A DNA stretch of 62,848 nt, counting the filler. It is 4 parts of 4 records of this genome, joined end to end, with 100 filler letters (N's around TTAATTAATTAA, not from the genome) between each part and the next. Parts side by side here need not be neighbours in the genome. Positions count along the whole stretch, not along the records: positions 53,725 to 62,848 come from DRR723986_17597; 3 more parts are not named here. The stretch is one strand, 5' to 3'. The notes under the pieces are model-generated. The model searched no databases. It worked only from the letters and a program-made list of their open reading frames with translations, and was not told where the DNA came from. Positions 59,401 to 62,848 of this stretch are shown here, in pieces (position 1 is the first letter of the stretch; each line of letters starts with the position of its first letter). Both the position numbers and the translations under genes were made by a program.

Positions 59401-59947
59401 TATCGCCTCCATCATTTTTGGGCGACAGGGCCTCTCTTACCAAGCGTTCAGCTTTCGCCTCGTCATCCAGAGAACCGGGCGTCTCTAGGTCGGATCTATC
59501 ATCAGAACTTAACATTTGGTGAAGCCTCTTGGCTTCTTCTGGGTCGCGGACTTGATATCGGAATCCGTAACCGTCAAGTTCATGCGTCAGTTCTCTGAGA
59601 CGTCGCAAGTCTTCCGAACTCAAGTCCTCTCCCGCAGGGCGCAGGACCGCAAAGCCAGTAGATGCATTTTCGCCATCATACTTTTCCGGGACTGCCGCAA
59701 TCTTCCTGAGATACGGCCGTACAGTTGAGAAAAGCGTGTCGCCTGCGATGATTTTTTGCCGCGCTCTTGATGGTGCCGCTGATAGGGTCATCCTTTTCGG
59801 ATCGACCACCTTGTTGCTCTGATTGTCGATGCTGGAAATATCGACATACCAGATCTCACGATCCGGTTCATCTTTTGCCGTCATTTCTACGGACACAAGC
59901 ACTTCGCCAATTGGGCAGGTAGTCCACGAGTTGGGTAGTTCCGTCAT
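59387..59947 (-). pseudogene. hsdS: Truncated type I specificity subunit (about 105 aa) fused in frame to an unrelated tail
   Basis: ELPNSW, YVDISSID, APSRARQ...GDTLFSTVRPYLRKIA, STGFAVLRP, then an abrupt switch to EDLSSEDLRRLRELTHELDGYGFRYQVRDP. Confidence 0.8.
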
Positions 59948-62694
59948 GCCGACAGCGCCTCATTCATCTCGGTCATGACCTCGTCCATCTGATCGCCAAA
60001 GAGGTGATACATCTGCCCCATTCCGCCCTTGCCGTCAAAGGGGGCCAGTTCCAGATCATCGCGTTCGATGGTGAAAGAACTGATCAGGTGATCGCGTATC
60101 ATGTGCAGCCACTCCATCTGGGCATCGCTGAACTTGGTCCCCGCGCCGGAGTGGCGCTGCATGATCCAGTTCTGGAAGTTGCGCCGCACGCGGTCAGAAT
60201 TCCGCGTCAGCTTGTCATCCAGTCCCGTCACCCGCCGGATCAGCGCCACAAGGGCCGTCAGATCGCCGTTCGGCGTCTCGCCCTTGTAGTCATCCAGATG
60301 CGCATAGGCGCGCCAGACGTTGAGCGGCGCAAGGCGGGGGCGATCCTCGGTCAGTTTCTTCAGCACTGCCTTGATCATCGACAGGGTGACCTCGGCACGG
60401 CGGGCGGGGGTGTCGAAATAGATGATCAGCGCCTCGATCTGATCGCGGTGTTCGTTGAGGTAGTCCTCGAACTCCTGCGCGATGGCCTTAGCGTTCTCAT
60501 CCGCGTCGCCCGCCCATGCGGCGGTGATCACCTCGTCGATGGTATCATGATCGATGGTCTGCTCGGAGTCGCGGCGGATGGTGTCGAGCGTGTTGATCAG
60601 CGGGCCGGTGAAGACATTGGCGGCGTCCTTGATGCGGTTCTCGCGCGCACCGTTCATGGCGGCATCGTCGGGCTCGGGGTGGCCTGCGGCCTTGGCGTCG
60701 GCCTCGACCTTGTCCGGGTCGATGGCATCGAAGAGGTCACGGATGACGGCGGACAGGGGCTTGCCCGCCAGTTCGGAGACCTTCTCCTGATCCTCGGGGG
60801 TCAGCTTGTGATCAAGACGCGCCAGGCGGCCTGCGAGGGAGCTGACGGTTTCCTCGGTCCGGTCGCCCATCATCAGGTTCATGGCGAGATCCTTGAACGG
60901 AATCGAGGGCTTGCTGTCGAGAGGCTGGCTGGCGGTCTTGACCGACTTGGTGACGCCCACCGCATCCACGATGACGTAATGGGTTTTCGCCTTGGCCGAG
61001 GGGGAGACCTTTTTCAGGTCATCAGGTTTGACGACACGGGTGCCCCTGCCCTTCATCTGCTCGAAATAGTTCTTCGATTTCACGTCGCGCATGAAGAGCA
61101 GGCATTCGAGGGGCTTCACGTCTGTGCCGGTGGCGATCATGTCCACGGTGACGGCGATGCGCGGGTAATATTCGTTGCGGAACGAGGTGAGCGAGGATTT
61201 CGGGTTCTTCGCGCCATTGGTGATCTTGCGGCTGAATTCGTTGCCCTCGCCGAATTCCTCACGGACGGTCTGGATGATATCGTCGGCGTGACTGTCGGTT
61301 TTGGCAAAAATCAGGGTTTTCGGAAGTTCCTTTCGGCCGGGGAAGATCTCGGGCCACTGGTCGTGGAAAGTACGGATGACGGTGCGGATCTGGTCGGGAG
61401 CCACAACGGAGCGGTCAAGCTGGGTGGCGGCGTAGGCCTCGTCCACATCCTGAGTTTCCCATCGCTTTGCGCGGGTCGCCCGTTCGCGTTTCTCGACCAG
61501 CTGTTCGGCCTGCACCTTTCCGCCGCCCTTGGTGACCTTTGTCTCGATGATGTAGACCTCGTTGCCGACGTTGACTCGGTCGGCAACTGCCTTCTCATGG
61601 GTGTACTCGATAACGACGTTCTTCTTGAAGAAGCCGAAGGTGCGGTTGTCGGGCGTGGCGGTCAGACCGACAAGGAAGGCGTCCCAGTATTCGATCACCT
61701 GCCGCCAGAGATTGTAGATGGAGCGATGACATTCATCGATCATCACGACATCGAAGGTCTCGGGCGGAAGCTTGGAGTTGTAGACGACGGGCTTCGGCGT
61801 TTTGGGCCGAAACTTCTGTTCCGCCGGATTTTCGTCCTCAAGGCTTTCGTCGAGGTCCTCGCCTTTCAGCGTGGCATACATCCGCTGGATGGTGGAGATG
61901 ACGACCTGGGTATCACCGGCCATCGAGGGCGATGTCAGGCGCTGTACGGTGTATAGCTCGGTGAACTTGCGATTGTCGTCGTTCGGGACATAGGCCATGA
62001 GCTCCTGCTCGGCCTGTTCGCCAAGGTTCTTCGTGTCGACAAGGAACAGGATGCGCGGTGCACCGGAGTGTTTGAGCAGACGGTAGACTTGGGTGATGGC
62101 GGTGAAGGTCTTTCCCGACCCGGTCGCCATCTGGACGAGAGCCCGCGGCTTCCCGGCCTGGAGAAATGCCTCGAGGTTGGTGATCGCGGTGATCTGGTAA
62201 TCTCGGAGGCCGTCGGTGTTGAGGTCAGGGAGATTGCTCAGCCCGGTCCGGAAGGAAAATGGGGCATTTGACCACGCTTTCAGGGTTTCCGGCCTATTGA
62301 AGGTGAAGACCTCGCGAGACCGCGGCGACGGGTCCCGGCCATCGGTGAACCTTGTGATCGTGCCGGTGCTTTCATACACCAAGGGCAACGGCTCCGCGTT
62401 ACTGACCCATTTCAATTTGGTATTCGCGTAGCCGAAGGACTGATCCTCGACGGTTGTGAGCTTCTCGCCCCATGTCTTAGGCTTTGCCTCGATGACACCG
62501 ACGGCAGATCGGTCGGCGAACAGGACGTAATCCGCAGGGCCTATATCCGTCTGATACTCTCGAACGGCGACCCCAAGGCCCGCACCGAAGTCGATGGTCG
62601 ACTTGTCCTGCACTACCCAACCCGCAGCACGGAGAAATTCGTCAATTCGGTCTCGGGTCAATTGCTCGGGGTTCTGATTAACGGCAGTCGACAT
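59944..62694 (-). CDS. hsdR: Type I RM restriction subunit R (EcoEI-like C-terminus)
   Basis: PADYVLF...VIEAK nuclease motif, QMATGSGKT, DECHRS, GLTATP, TVDMIATGTD, QMKGRGTR, C-terminal QMEWL..IRDH. Confidence 0.92.
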   Translation of the reverse strand: MSTAVNQNPEQLTRDRIDEFLRAAGWVVQDKSTIDFGAGLGVAVREYQTDIGPADYVLFADRSAVGVIEAKPKTWGEKLTTVEDQSFGYANTKLKWVSNAEPLPLVYESTGTITRFTDGRDPSPRSREVFTFNRPETLKAWSNAPFSFRTGLSNLPDLNTDGLRDYQITAITNLEAFLQAGKPRALVQMATGSGKTFTAITQVYRLLKHSGAPRILFLVDTKNLGEQAEQELMAYVPNDDNRKFTELYTVQRLTSPSMAGDTQVVISTIQRMYATLKGEDLDESLEDENPAEQKFRPKTPKPVVYNSKLPPETFDVVMIDECHRSIYNLWRQVIEYWDAFLVGLTATPDNRTFGFFKKNVVIEYTHEKAVADRVNVGNEVYIIETKVTKGGGKVQAEQLVEKRERATRAKRWETQDVDEAYAATQLDRSVVAPDQIRTVIRTFHDQWPEIFPGRKELPKTLIFAKTDSHADDIIQTVREEFGEGNEFSRKITNGAKNPKSSLTSFRNEYYPRIAVTVDMIATGTDVKPLECLLFMRDVKSKNYFEQMKGRGTRVVKPDDLKKVSPSAKAKTHYVIVDAVGVTKSVKTASQPLDSKPSIPFKDLAMNLMMGDRTEETVSSLAGRLARLDHKLTPEDQEKVSELAGKPLSAVIRDLFDAIDPDKVEADAKAAGHPEPDDAAMNGARENRIKDAANVFTGPLINTLDTIRRDSEQTIDHDTIDEVITAAWAGDADENAKAIAQEFEDYLNEHRDQIEALIIYFDTPARRAEVTLSMIKAVLKKLTEDRPRLAPLNVWRAYAHLDDYKGETPNGDLTALVALIRRVTGLDDKLTRNSDRVRRNFQNWIMQRHSGAGTKFSDAQMEWLHMIRDHLISSFTIERDDLELAPFDGKGGMGQMYHLFGDQMDEVMTEMNEALSA

Positions 62695-62820
62695 GAAGCA
62701 CCTTGGTGTAAATCAACCGTAGAATGAGACGTATCAGTGCTTTATGCAAGTTCGCGCGTTCTGGATAAACTTGTTTCGCTCAGGATATCGAGACTGAGCG
62801 CTGCGATTTACAGGCCGCAT

Positions 62821-62848
62821 TGTAATCCCCCCGTTTTTGCAGGGGCTT
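62821..62848. mobile_element. Probable terminal inverted repeat of an insertion sequence (IS3-like) at the contig end
   Basis: TGTAATCCCCCCGTTTTTGCAGGGGC starts with TG plus a C run, resembling IS3-family ends as I recall them; the contig breaks here. Confidence 0.45.

Noticed and set aside
58618-59947. Retron system
   Set aside because: The HNH resembles retron/Septu effectors, but no RT or msr-msd is visible in the contig
60004-61956. 650-aa plus-strand ORF
   Set aside because: Antisense shadow of hsdR, as is common with high-GC codon bias; no recognisable motifs
1-62848. CRISPR arrays, rRNA or tRNA genes
   Set aside because: No regularly spaced repeats or recognisable structural RNA genes seen by eye; a tRNAscan/Infernal run would be needed to exclude them fully

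Overview
This window is not one locus. It is four contigs joined by artificial 100-nt spacers (N44-TTAATTAATTAA-N44) at 16270-16369, 37624-37723 and 53625-53724, and they come from at least three organisms. Contig 1 (1-16269, moderate GC) looks like an FCB-group bacterium because it encodes a T9SS-type C-terminal domain. It carries an Uup-like ABC-F ATPase, an ElaA-type GNAT, two small hypotheticals, a BNR/T9SS protein and an 8.7-kb tandem array of seven strongly diverged, secreted DUF4163/DUF3298 (RsiV/PdaC-like) paralogs. One array member is truncated, one has an internal deletion, and two carry a YD-like C-terminal extension. This array is my best candidate for an undescribed system. Contigs 2 and 3 (AT-rich, Cyclobacteriaceae/Algoriphagus-like) hold housekeeping genes (csaA, prfA, a HisA-like paralog lacking its first catalytic Asp) and two SusC/SusD loci. 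In those loci I recognise no glycoside hydrolase; they instead carry Gfo/Idh/MocA, TIM-barrel, DUF1080, FGE-like, VCBS and heme-c propeller proteins. Contig 4 (GC-rich, Rhodobacteraceae-like) has the 5' part of uvrB, an ETC complex I subunit and a decaying type I RM defence island: hsdR, a truncated hsdS fused to a probable ATPase tail, an HNH nuclease, a GmrSD-like gene and an hsdM with a nonsense codon. It ends at a probable IS terminus. I saw no rRNA, tRNA or CRISPR array. All family and taxon calls come from motif recognition only; no database search was run.
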